DNA of 64,000 nt from Acidobacteriota bacterium (GTDB lineage: Bacteria; Acidobacteriota; UBA890; WLXD01): the NCBI GenBank assembly GCA_965205505.1, contig CBDBHB010000007.1, positions 448,001 to 512,000 of the forward strand. Reading direction: 5' to 3'. Under the pieces are notes generated by a model. It saw only the letters and a list, made by a program, of their open reading frames with translations. It ran no database searches and had not been told where the DNA came from. Shown here one piece after another: positions 19,576 through 29,271 of this stretch; the stretch's first letter is position 1, and every line of letters starts with the position of its first letter. Both the position numbers and the translations under genes were made by a program.

Positions 19576-20101
19576 GGGCTCCCCTCCTCAGCGGATTAGG
19601 TACAGATCGGTCCGACGCCGTAGCGACCAACGTCGTTGTCCCCACGGCGTCACCTCGGTTGCCCGCCTCTAGCATCATTCGTACGCGCTGCCTGTCCCAC
19701 TCCGGGACCGGCGTCGTTCGAGAACCTGCAGCTCGGGAGAAAATATACTGGCCAGCTCGAGGTCATTTTCTCAATAGTAATCCCTGGGGTACGGGTACTG
19801 GATTGTGGCGGGTCCCCGGCCGGCCCCTAGGGGGGCTCGGAGGGCGGGTGGTGGTCCCTTGAGGGCATCGCCAGCGGGACGGCAGGCGGGATGGGGGAAG
19901 CCACCAGCCGGGAAGCTCTAACCCATGGCACTAGCGGGATTCCGCGCATACACTGGCGGATGGACTGTCCGCTGGCACTCACGCTCCTTGAGCGCTGGCA
20001 GCGTGTCAGCTTCCTGCTTTTGTCCGGGTGGAGGTCGTCCACGACCTAGACGGACGCAGCCACAATGGTAGGAGGCCGCATCATCGTCGGGGGTCTCGCC
20101 T

Positions 20102-20935
20102 GTGCACACGCTGCTGAAGCGCTTCGCGGGTCGTTTCGCGCTCACCCTGTCGCTGGTCGTGTTGGAAGCCGCGGGATGGACCCTGTTCCCGCTGGCCATC
20201 GGCCGGGCCATCGACGGGGTCCTGACAGATTCGCCGCGCGGGCTCTACCAGTTGGCCGGGCTCGGTATCGTCGCCATGGGGATCGGGATCGCCCGGCGGA
20301 TCGTCGACAGCAGGGCATACGCCCGGATCTACGCGCGGCTGGGGGAGGAGCTTCTCGAGCAGCATCCCGAGACCGGGACATCGACAACGACGGCGCGTCT
20401 AGGGATGCTGCGGGAGATCGTCGAGTTCTTCGAGAACTCTCTGCCCGGGCTCATCACCAGCCTCGTCGGACTCGCCGGGACGATCCTCATCCTGTCGGCC
20501 CTGAACTTTCCGGTCTTCCTCGCCTGCCTAGCCGTCACAGGCGCCACGATTGCCCTGTACGCGCTGACCGGAGGGCTGACCACGCGCTACAACGAAGGGC
20601 TCAACGACGAGCACGAACGGCAAGTCGACGCCGTCGCCAGCGGTGACGCCGTCCGTGTCGGCTTACACCTTCGCGACATGATGCGCTGGAACATCAGGCT
20701 CTCGGATCTGGAAGCCGCCAACTTCGGGATCGTGTGGCTGTTCATGATCGGCTTGCTGGTGTTCACCATCGGAGAGGCAGCGGACCAGACCTTCGAATAC
20801 GGAATGGTCTTCGCCGTCGTGATGTACGTCTTCCAGTTCGTCGAATCGGTCATGTTGCTTCCCTTCTACTACCAGCAGTGGCTGCGCTTGCGGGAGATCT
20901 CGGGTCGGCTCTCCGCCATCGGCCTGGCGACCTGA
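20102..20935 (+). CDS. ABC transporter six-transmembrane domain protein
   Basis: PLAIGRAID, RRIVDSRAYARIY, REIVEFFE and IRLSDLEA motifs. Confidence 0.8.
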   Translation: MHTLLKRFAGRFALTLSLVVLEAAGWTLFPLAIGRAIDGVLTDSPRGLYQLAGLGIVAMGIGIARRIVDSRAYARIYARLGEELLEQHPETGTSTTTARLGMLREIVEFFENSLPGLITSLVGLAGTILILSALNFPVFLACLAVTGATIALYALTGGLTTRYNEGLNDEHERQVDAVASGDAVRVGLHLRDMMRWNIRLSDLEAANFGIVWLFMIGLLVFTIGEAADQTFEYGMVFAVVMYVFQFVESVMLLPFYYQQWLRLREISGRLSAIGLAT

Positions 20936-20990
20936 GAGAGGGCGAGCCGACGGCACTTGCGGCCGATCTCTAAGCCAGCCCGTGCCAGGC

Positions 20991-21662
20991 TCAGGTCCGC
21001 GGATGCTTCCGGACCGCGAGTTCGGCGGTACGCAGGACCTGGGCGCATCGGCTTTGGGACCACAGCAGGACTCTCCCCGCAGAAACGCCCGCGAGGGCTG
21101 GACCGGGTTTCTGGTCGCACACATACCGCAACGGATCGAGGAAGCCTATTACGGCACCGACGTTCTTCCACCCGGCCATTGTGGCCCGTACGTGGTCGAG
21201 CGACTCGGGGTATTCAACGTCGCAGACGTGGATGGCTATCGACGGGATCAACCCAGGGAGAATTTCTTGGACCACCTGCTCGATACCACGCAGGGACGGA
21301 ATGGCGTCGCCGTAGTGACCAGGATCGACGTCGTTCGCCCAGAGATGCAATTTCGCCTGCCGCAAAGTCGCTAGCAAGCTCACGATTAGAGCCCCGTTCG
21401 CCCCGCAGTCGGGCCGATGCCTCAGACAGCGTCTGATGACATCGACGAAGTCGCCTCCTCCGCTGCTGTCAGCAATCTGCTGGAGCGCGCCCGACGAGAT
21501 CCCGACAGACTGCGGATGGGGGCGCCACTCCGAAAGAGCGGGCATCGCGAAAGCCGTTGCGAAACCGAGACTCTCGCCGGGCTCAATCCGATCCAGAAGC
21601 AGCGCAGCCGTCTCAGCTACAACCAGGTTTTCGAGAAGAGTACCGACGTTCTGAATCGGCAT
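20991..21662 (-). CDS. Hypothetical protein, possibly a Rossmann/MTase-like fragment
   Basis: 223-aa ORF; LHLWANDVD and VIGFLDP segments; ends uncertain. Confidence 0.35.
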   Translation of the reverse strand: MPIQNVGTLLENLVVAETAALLLDRIEPGESLGFATAFAMPALSEWRPHPQSVGISSGALQQIADSSGGGDFVDVIRRCLRHRPDCGANGALIVSLLATLRQAKLHLWANDVDPGHYGDAIPSLRGIEQVVQEILPGLIPSIAIHVCDVEYPESLDHVRATMAGWKNVGAVIGFLDPLRYVCDQKPGPALAGVSAGRVLLWSQSRCAQVLRTAELAVRKHPRT

Positions 21663-21745
21663 GCCCGTTGGTCCGGCTAGCAGTATGGGGTCTCAGCTGC
21701 GGGCCGCGCGGCGGACCGTCCGCTGCGAGCGCTGGCTAGGCGACG

Positions 21746-22509
21746 TCACGCCAAGTATCCAGGCGTCCCATAAGTGAACCGCTCTCTCCATATGAGCTCC
21801 AGTACGTCGTTGGTGAAACGACGCGTGGCCACGTTACAGAAAGCGTCGACGATCGCAGAGCTGCCAGACCCGCGGCCCTCGATCACGTCCATCCAGAACG
21901 CGGGCTTGTAGCGGACGAGATTCCCGAGGATGTAAAGGCCGGCATAGAGGACAGCGGTTGAGGATACGATTCCGCATTCATGCCGTTCGACCAAGAAATA
22001 CCGGCTGTCGATCGCGTGCCGCGTGATCGACAGGTTCGGCGGCAGGTCAGGCCCAGGCTCCGAGCGAAGAAACGCCGTTTGTGAGCCATCGGCGGTTTCT
22101 TCAAAGCCGTCGGCAAGGGCAGGCAAGTGCTCGGCTATCTCCGCGTGCGGAAGTCCGCAGGCCGTGATGATCAGCAGGTGGCCCGCGTCCGTTGGCCGCG
22201 GCTCGTGGCGCAGCTTTATCATGGGTGGCTTCGCGCCATAGTGACGATAGTGCAACGGCATCAGGTCGGGTATTCGGCCGACCATTTCTTGAAATCGAAC
22301 AGCTACGTTCTCCTCAAGCGGGCCGTCGCCCACAACGGAGCAGAGGCCGGGGAACACTCCCGCCGCCTTGGTGACACCGAACTCGGCTTCGACTGACCAA
22401 TCTCCGGGAGACTGCACGTAGTCTGTCAGCCGTTCGCTGTTCGGTCGCGTGGCGAGCCCGTGGTATCTGATTTCGTGAAGTTCAGCGCCTTCCGACGAGG
22501 CGAGGATCG
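21746..22509 (-). pseudogene. YaaC-family protein, 5'-truncated
   Basis: YHGL and AVLYAGLYILGNLVRYKPAFW; the 5' end is replaced by the DUF2924 repeat. Confidence 0.6.
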
Positions 22510-22654
22510 CGCGGGGCCGATGAGATGGCCGCCCTTCAGGAGCGGATCGCGGCGCTTGGGGCGATACAGCTGCCCACGCTGCGTGATGAATGGTGGCGTC
22601 TTTACCAGACACCCCCGCCCCGGCGGCTCGGCCGCGATCTGCTGATCCGGGGCA
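22510..22654 (+). repeat. 145-bp direct repeat copy 1 (5' end of DUF2924 gene; copy 2 at 28807-28951)
   Basis: Identical to 28807-28951 apart from two substitutions that I could see. Confidence 0.92.
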
Positions 22655-23010
22655 CGGTCACCGTCGCCGACCTGATGGACCGCTTCCTCGATGACTACCT
22701 CCAGAACAAGAAACGGCCGCCGAAGGCGTCGACCTTACGGAGCTACGACAGCCTGATCCGCTGCCATGTTGTGCCTACTCTGGGGAAGAAGCGCGTGGCC
22801 GAGATAGCCATGGCGGACCTGGAGCGAATGCACCGGCGAATGCGGCGACTCCGTACGTGGCGAACCGCACCCTGACCGTCCTACAGCACGCCTTCGACCT
22901 GGCCGAGGGCGCCAGCCCTGGCGCCTGCGCTGCCATTCGCGTCGCCTTCTGGACGGGCTGGCGGATCGGCGAGGTGCTCGCCCTCGAATCGGACAACCTC
23001 GATCTCGATT
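22655..23010 (+). pseudogene. Tyrosine integrase remnant (deleted and frameshifted)
   Basis: TVADLMDRFLDDY...STLRSYDSLIRCHVVPTLG; ANRTLTVLQHAFDLA; VAFWTGWRIGEVLAL. Confidence 0.7.
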
Positions 23011-23102
23011 CGAGGCTCGAGGGGTCGCCGACGGGCATCGACGAGCGACGACGGACAACTCTAGGATTATCATTGGCTAGGAAGAGAACCGGAGCTGCAA
23101 CC

Positions 23103-25119
23103 ATGCCGGACACGATCGACGGCTACGAAATCCAAGGCTCACTTGGCTCAGGCGCTTTCGGGCGGACCTATCGGGTGACGAAGGGCGGCAACGTCTACGC
23201 GATGAAGGTGCTCAAGCCCGAGGCGATACGCACCGAAGTCGACCGCGAGCGTTTCCAGCGCGAGTGCCGGGCCCTGCAGAAGATCGAGAGCGAGTACGTC
23301 GTCGCGTACTATGACCATGGAGTCTTTGACGACGACGGCCGCGAAACCTACTACATCGTCATGAGCTTCGTCGAGGGCACCGACTTCGACCGGCTGCTGC
23401 GCCGCGAGAGCCCTCCCCGTCCCGAGGCGGAGATCCGCGCCGTGCTGGGACAGGTACTCGCTGGTCTGGCCGACATCCACGAGTGCAACATCGTCCACCG
23501 AGACCTCAAGCCGGCAAACATATTCGTCGCGAAGGACGGCGCGGTGAAGATCGGCGACTTCGGCCTCGTGAAGATGATCGACTACACGACGTTGACGATG
23601 ACGGGCGAGACCCTTGGCACGCCACTGTACATGTCGCCCGAGGAGATGCTCGACCGAGAGATCGACCACCGCAGTGATCTGTTCTCATTCGGCGTGCTGC
23701 TGTACCAGCTTCTGACTGGCCACTTCCCGTTTCCTGCGGGGAACATCATGCAGCTGATGCATGCTGTCACGCAGTATCCGCCGGAACGGCCGACGCTCCA
23801 CAACCCGGATTTGTCTAACCGCCTGGAGAACTTGGTACTGCGGCTTCTCGAGAAGGAGCCCTTCCTCCGGCCGTCCAACGCGGCGGAGGTGGCGGAGTTG
23901 CTGGAGCGTACGCCCTTCTACCGGGCGGATGAAGCTCCGGCACCGGAGGCCGAGGCGTGGAGCTTCGGCAAGCGGATGTGCTTCATCCGACTGCTGCACA
24001 ACGAGAAGAGCGTGACCGAACGGTTCCTGTCGGACCACACAATCGACGGGGTGGTCTTCCAGGCCAACTACATCCCACGGTACCGAGGGCAGCTGGAGGT
24101 GCTGCGTGACCACGGCGTGCCGTATCTCTTCGATCCGAGCACGAACCGCCTGACGTACTCGAAATTCAGCGAGACGAAGGGCCTGCGGGAGCTGCCGTAC
24201 GTGCTGGACAAGATGAGTAGGCTGACGCCGGCGAAGCTGCGCTCGATCGCCGACATCCGCAGGTATGTCAGGGAGGTGCTGAACTGGCAGATCCAGCATC
24301 GATGCAGGTACCTGGTCGCTCCGTTTCACTTCAGCAAGACGCTGACCTCGGAGTGGATGGAGATCGACCTGAAACTGATCTCGGAGGCTCGTGAGTACCT
24401 ATCGTCGAAGGGGCGCGAGGAGCGGCTGTTCGCGGCGGTCTGCACGAACCTCGAGGACCTTACGGACAAGGAGAACCGACGGCACTTGGTCAATCGGTAC
24501 TCGAAACATCCGGTAGACGGTTATCTGTTCTACATCGACCTCGTGCAGGAGCAGACGAGCGTGCCGGGTCAGCTGTACGGGTACCTGAACATGCTCGTGG
24601 ACTTCAGAGCGCTGGGAAGGCCCCTGATCGCCTGCCGGGTGGGCAACCTAGGCCTCGGCGTGGTGTCGCTCGGCATCGACGCCTTCACTACTGGAATCGC
24701 ATCGCTGAGCTTCTTTTCGGAGAAGACGCTGCTGGAAGATCGTCCGACCGGGTACACGATGCAGCTCAAGTACTACCTGCCGGAGTTGCTGTCGAACGTC
24801 CAGATCGGCGCCGCGATCGATGTGCTGAGCTCAGGTCAGTACGCGAGGCTCGTCTGTGGCTGTCCATACTGCGGTGGCCGTGTGGACGAGGTGACCTTGA
24901 GCAGGGCCGCCAAGCCGCATTTCCTCTACCGCCGGCGTCCAGGAGATGGAGGCCATCAACGCCACGAACGACGGCGCGCGGCTCGGCGATTTCCTAGACA
25001 AGACAGAGCAGGCGCTGAAGTTGACGACCGAGATCCGGCACAAGCTGGGTGTCGCCATCCCCAACCAGCATTTCAAGACCTGGCTCGAGGTCTTTCCCGA
25101 AGTGGCCAAGCGGCTCTAG
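23103..25119 (+). CDS. Hanks Ser/Thr kinase fused to a C-terminal TIM-barrel-like (TGT/beta-family-like) domain with CxCxxC...H; apparent +1 frameshift near 24935
   Basis: GSGAFG, YAMK, HRDLKPAN, DFG and GTPLYMSPE; C-terminal YLFDPST, LVAPFH and CGCPYC..HFLY; tail VQEMEAIN...WLEVFPEVAKRL* in the shifted frame. Confidence 0.8.
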
Positions 25120-25784
25120 CAGCGTAAGCCAGTGGCGTGGATCTGCTGCCAGATTCGCTCGTTGGTCATTAGGAACATCTCTTCGCTGCGCGGCTTGCGG
25201 CGGCGCGGGTGGAACACGATCTCGGCCGCGTCGTGGGAGACGGTCATCAGTCCGACGTTGTGCTTGCGGAGGATCTCGTCGCGCACGCGAGCTCGATGCC
25301 GCGCGGCGATGGCCAAGTAAGTCTTGTGGGCGAAGTGCTGGTAGCGCTTGGCCTGGCACAGTCCCTCGAACCAGTTCTTCATCTTGGCCTCAACGGCCCA
25401 GATCTCCTCGGCCACGGGTCTGTACTCGCCGAGGAGCTGGAAGGTGTCGTCGTCGGTCCTCTCGACGAAGTTCTCGGCGAGTAAGAAGCGCAGCACGTCG
25501 TAGCGGAGGCGCCTGGCCGAGATACCGGTGTGTTCGAGAAGCCGGTCGAAGGTCGCCCCCTCGAACTTCCGTAGCGCGTGGACGACCTGGACCTCGGCCC
25601 GGCGGGGCAGGGTCGTGGTCTGACGCTGGCGGAGCCGCTGGCGGACTCCATCGTCGCAAGGCCGGGCGGCAACGACATCGGCCACGCCGTAGCCGACGCC
25701 AAGCTCCTCGACCACGATGCTGTCTGCCCACAGCCCAGCTAGACAGGCCTTGATCGGCTCGATCATCTCGCTTTCGTAGCGCAC
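25116..25784 (-). CDS. PD-(D/E)XK nuclease with inserted wHTH (sce7726/MmcB-like)
   Basis: VEELGVGYGVADVV...WAVEAKMKNW..GLCQAKRYQHFAHKTY...VGLMTV; HTH-like ATFDRLLEHTGISARRLR; GTG start inferred. Confidence 0.7.
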   Translation of the reverse strand: MRYESEMIEPIKACLAGLWADSIVVEELGVGYGVADVVAARPCDDGVRQRLRQRQTTTLPRRAEVQVVHALRKFEGATFDRLLEHTGISARRLRYDVLRFLLAENFVERTDDDTFQLLGEYRPVAEEIWAVEAKMKNWFEGLCQAKRYQHFAHKTYLAIAARHRARVRDEILRKHNVGLMTVSHDAAEIVFHPRRRKPRSEEMFLMTNERIWQQIHATGLRC

Positions 25785-25952
25785 AAGCGTGTTCCTGTCG
25801 TCGCTCGAGAGCTGATTCTCGTTGCCAGAGTATATGCCGATGAAGCCGGCGGCGCGAAACGGCACCGCCCCTGGCAACGCACCGCCCGGGAAGATCCCCT
25901 GCGGTCTCCGGCCGCCTCTTGACCCGTCTTGGAGTGGCGCATCGGCCCTGAC

Positions 25953-26063
25953 GTGCGCTCCATCAAGTACGCGGCGGTGGCGGACAACGGCGAGCGGCTG
26001 CAGGACGACGCGGTCCCTAGAAGCGAACTTCGGCGCCCGCGATGGGGCGCTGTTCGTGGCGCT
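25953..26063 (+). repeat. Diverged remnant of the satellite primase gene (homologous to 34120-34232)
   Basis: ADNGERLQDDA and GARDGALFVAL coding sequence shared with 34120-34232. Confidence 0.75.
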
Positions 26064-26508
26064 ATACGCGGAGCACGCAGGCAAGGTGTTGCGGGTGTTC
26101 TTCGTGGATGCCGGCGGCTCGCCGGGCTTGGCCCATGGGTGCGCGGCTCGCACCATGGCATCAAGCGGGCCGCCGAGCTGGCGGGACTGCCTGAGCGCAG
26201 AGGAGATATCCGGTGTTGTGCGATGCCGTTGTCGCTGAGCTCCGGCACCGGCCTGAGGTGCACGGCTTTCCTACTCAGTAGGCCCTCGCGCCTCGTTGCC
26301 GGTCGGCGGCGTAGATGATGTGGTCCGAGACTGATGCCGGGATCAGATGCGCGGTCCAGTTCAACAGCGTCAGCGCGCGACTCAAGCGGGCCGGTATGGA
26401 GCGGAGCAATGCTTCGTTCGTGGCACGGGCTGCAGAGGGCGACGACAAGTCGGTACGGCTCGGCCAGAGGATCTGGATAGATCCCCAGCAGGGGCCTACG
26501 ATATCTCC

Positions 26509-26883
26509 ATGACCAGCTTCCGGATTTTAGTGACGGTGCTCGCCGTGATTCACGCGGTGTTCACAGGATTCACGGCCCTGGTTGGAACATTCGCGAACGG
26601 TGGAGACGTTTGGCAACGGTTGCTGCTGATCCTCCTTCACCCTCTTGGCGCTGCGGGAGTGCTTCTGCTTGTGTTGCGGCCCCGCCTCACCACGACGACG
26701 ATCCTCGCCCTAGTGGCGCTCCTGATGGCGAACGTGATCGCCGACCTAGGCGTTGCGCAGCTGATGGCCGCGGGCAGAGTGCGGGGAGATTGGGAGCTTG
26801 CGCTGACATTTTCGGTGGTTCCGGCGATCGGGATCGTCTACGCGCTGGCCCTGCTGCGCACGGCTCGCGGAATCGCCGGGTAA
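26509..26883 (+). CDS. Small membrane protein (4 TM)
   Basis: Four hydrophobic segments. Confidence 0.65.
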   Translation: MTSFRILVTVLAVIHAVFTGFTALVGTFANGGDVWQRLLLILLHPLGAAGVLLLVLRPRLTTTTILALVALLMANVIADLGVAQLMAAGRVRGDWELALTFSVVPAIGIVYALALLRTARGIAG

Positions 26884-27254
26884 AGGCACGCCGCCGGATC
26901 GATATAGTCGATGTGGCAGCGGCGACGGCGAGGACGGAGAAACGGGGAAAAGACACTCCCCGCACAAATGGACCCGGCCTAGAGGCGTTGATCAACACGC
27001 GGTCCTGGTCGGTGAGCACTATCGAGGCGCTCGTCAACGAGGGCATGGCTCTTCTGCACGAGCGCGTGAGCAAGGAGAACGCCGGTCCGGTGGAGGTCCT
27101 GGAGTCAGTTGAATGCCGGTGACTAGAAACGGCGCGCCTCGCGTGTCTTGCCTAACGGCGATCGCCTGCTAGGTGATGGCCCCATAGACCGAGCGCTTGA
27201 GATGACGATCTGTTCCAGAGTGGCGGCGTTAACCACCCTCGCCGATCCGCGTTC

Positions 27255-27290
27255 AAGATCCGCCTCCAGAGGAAGATCCGCCTCCAGAGG
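27255..27290. repeat. 18-bp tandem duplication AAGATCCGCCTCCAGAGG x2
   Basis: Seen directly in the sequence. Confidence 0.85.
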
Positions 27291-27320
27291 AGAGGCCTAC
27301 CCAGGATCGGGGCGGGGTGG

Positions 27321-28073
27321 TCAGTCGAAGACGTGGACCCCTAGAGAGAAAGACACAACGCCGTCCGCCGCGTACCTGTAGTCGAGCCGCGCCCCCTCAT
27401 CGACGACTATCCAGTCGGTGAGCGAGCGCGAGTAGCGGACCCGGAAGTCCAGCGGCCACTTCAGGTGTAGCGTCGTACCCACGCCGATCGCCCACGGCCA
27501 TCTTGCGAGGCGCTCGCGGTCTTCACTGGCCGTTCCGGTCTCGGGATTCGTCGCTCCGGAAGCGAACTCGGTCCACATTCGACGGATTCCACCGAAGAGG
27601 TAGACCCGCGAGCGGCCGTCCCCTAGCCCGCGCCCGAATAGGATGTTGCCACCCGCCCCGTACAGGTCGCTGAAGTCCCACTGGCCGGGCCATACATCGT
27701 GAACGTTCCCGTTCGGGGTCGGAGAAATCGCGCCCTCAAGCTTGCGTCGGCTGGAGACGGCACTCTCGACCTCGCCGCCCACGAGCCAGTTCCCCGGGAG
27801 CTCCAAGAGTAGCCCGACCGAGAGGTTGCCGGCGAGGGCGATGCCCGAAGAGGACGATGTGCTTGAACTCGATCCTCCCTGGATGGTTACTTCCTTGGTG
27901 TGTTCGACCGTAATCCGGCTTACCTCGGGAGCCAGGCGCACAAAGAAGACGGACTGCGCGTGGGCTTCGCCCACCCCAATGCACAGGCTGGCAACCGCCA
28001 GCAAGCCAATCAGTGCCCCTAGTCCACGCTCGTGAGTTTCCAGAATGCTTCGCCTCTGTTTCCAGTGAACCAT
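27321..28073 (-). CDS. Putative outer-membrane beta-barrel protein
   Basis: Signal peptide ending AHA-Q; alternating amphipathic strands; C-terminal SFSLGVHVF. Confidence 0.6.
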   Translation of the reverse strand: MVHWKQRRSILETHERGLGALIGLLAVASLCIGVGEAHAQSVFFVRLAPEVSRITVEHTKEVTIQGGSSSSTSSSSGIALAGNLSVGLLLELPGNWLVGGEVESAVSSRRKLEGAISPTPNGNVHDVWPGQWDFSDLYGAGGNILFGRGLGDGRSRVYLFGGIRRMWTEFASGATNPETGTASEDRERLARWPWAIGVGTTLHLKWPLDFRVRYSRSLTDWIVVDEGARLDYRYAADGVVSFSLGVHVFD

Positions 28074-28259
28074 GATTGATCGATAAATCGAATGGCCATC
28101 CTAACGTACAGTCGGTGCCAGGAGGCGCTGATCCGACAAGTACTCGAAGAGTTCCGTCGATGCGAGGATGCCAGTGGCGCGGCGTGGGGGCTCGTGGGTC
28201 GCAGGAGGGGTCTTTACGGTCGTCGGTGGCCGTCGTTCTCGTCCGCGAGCTTGTTGATT

Positions 28260-28598
28260 TGCTTGGCATTTCGCCCGATCGCCCTCGCGAGCTCTCCGAT
28301 CTTCGCCCGCAGCTCCTTGATCTCCGCCTCCCGAGAGACCTCATCCCGCTCTTGCTTGCCCGAGAAGCCGGGCCAGTACCTTCTGCCGAGCCTTCTTCTT
28401 CCAGTTGGCGATCAGGTTCGGATGCACATCGTAGCGGGCTGCCAGCTCCGCCATCGTCGCTTCCTCCCGAAGCGCCTCCAAAGCGACCTTCGCCTTCAGC
28501 TCAGCAGGATAACTTCGTCTCTTCCGTGGCATTCCAGACTCCTTCTCCTTGGTCTGGATTCCACCTTAGCAAGCTGTCCGAATTTCGGGGTCCACCTC
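28260..28598 (-). pseudogene. IS3-family left end plus frameshifted OrfA fragment
   Basis: IR-like GAGGTGGACCCCGAAATTCGGACA; MPRKRRSYPAELKAKVALEAL...HPNLIANWKK; EIKELRAKIGEL in the next frame. Confidence 0.75.
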
Positions 28599-28773
28599 TG
28601 TATAGAGCGACAGCCGCAACGTAGAGCAGAGCGCAAGTACCGCCCGCCGCGGCGGCCAGCTCGTGGCGTACCGATGAGACTCCGGTCGCCAAGACCACGG
28701 CCTTGGACTGGACTTGTGCCGGCAAACGAGCGTCACTGTGGGTGCCTTCGGCCGACGGTTCCGGACCGAACAT

Positions 28774-29271
28774 ATGTGCACGAAAACCCAACCCGGCATG
28801 GCCCCACGCGGGGCCGATGAGATGGCCGCCCTTCAGGAGCGGATCGCGGCGCTTGGGGCGATACAGCTGCCCACGCTGCGTGATGAATGGTGGCGTCTTT
28901 ACCAGACACTCCCGCCCCGGCGGCTCAGCCGCGATCTGCTGATCCGGGGCATCGCCTACAAGCTGCAGGAAAACGCCCACGGTGGCTTGAGCAAGGCCAC
29001 CCAGCGCCGCCTTCGGACACTGGCCAAGACCTTCGCCCAGACCGGCCGTGTGGCCCCCGGGAGGGGTCCGCGGCTGCGCCCTGGCGCGCGGCTGGTGCGG
29101 CAGTGGCGCGGTCGAACCTACGTGGTCACCGTCACCGAAACTGGCTTCGAGTACACCGGTAAGCTGTATCGCTCCTTGAGCAGTATCGCCCGGCGTATCA
29201 CCGGCGCCCATTGGTCCGGCCCCCGCTTCTTCGGCGTTCAGGGAGCGCCGCGCGCCAAGGGCTCGCCTTGA
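28774..29271 (+). CDS. DUF2924 domain protein
   Basis: LRDEWWRLY, IAYKLQE, PGARLVRQWRG and SLSSIARRITGAHWSGPRFFG. Confidence 0.88.
   Translation: MCTKTQPGMAPRGADEMAALQERIAALGAIQLPTLRDEWWRLYQTLPPRRLSRDLLIRGIAYKLQENAHGGLSKATQRRLRTLAKTFAQTGRVAPGRGPRLRPGARLVRQWRGRTYVVTVTETGFEYTGKLYRSLSSIARRITGAHWSGPRFFGVQGAPRAKGSP

Noticed and set aside
22857-23102. N-terminal extension making an integrase-kinase fusion
   Set aside because: A chance in-frame read-through from the integrase remnant; the kinase has its own GGAG RBS and ATG at 23103.
25785-26156. N-terminal extension of the nuclease ORF
   Set aside because: Low-complexity and overlaps the primase relic on the opposite strand; the real start is more likely near 25784.
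27255-27290. Possible CRISPR or iteron array
   Set aside because: Only two adjacent 18-bp copies with no spacers. I saw no CRISPR array or cas genes in the window.
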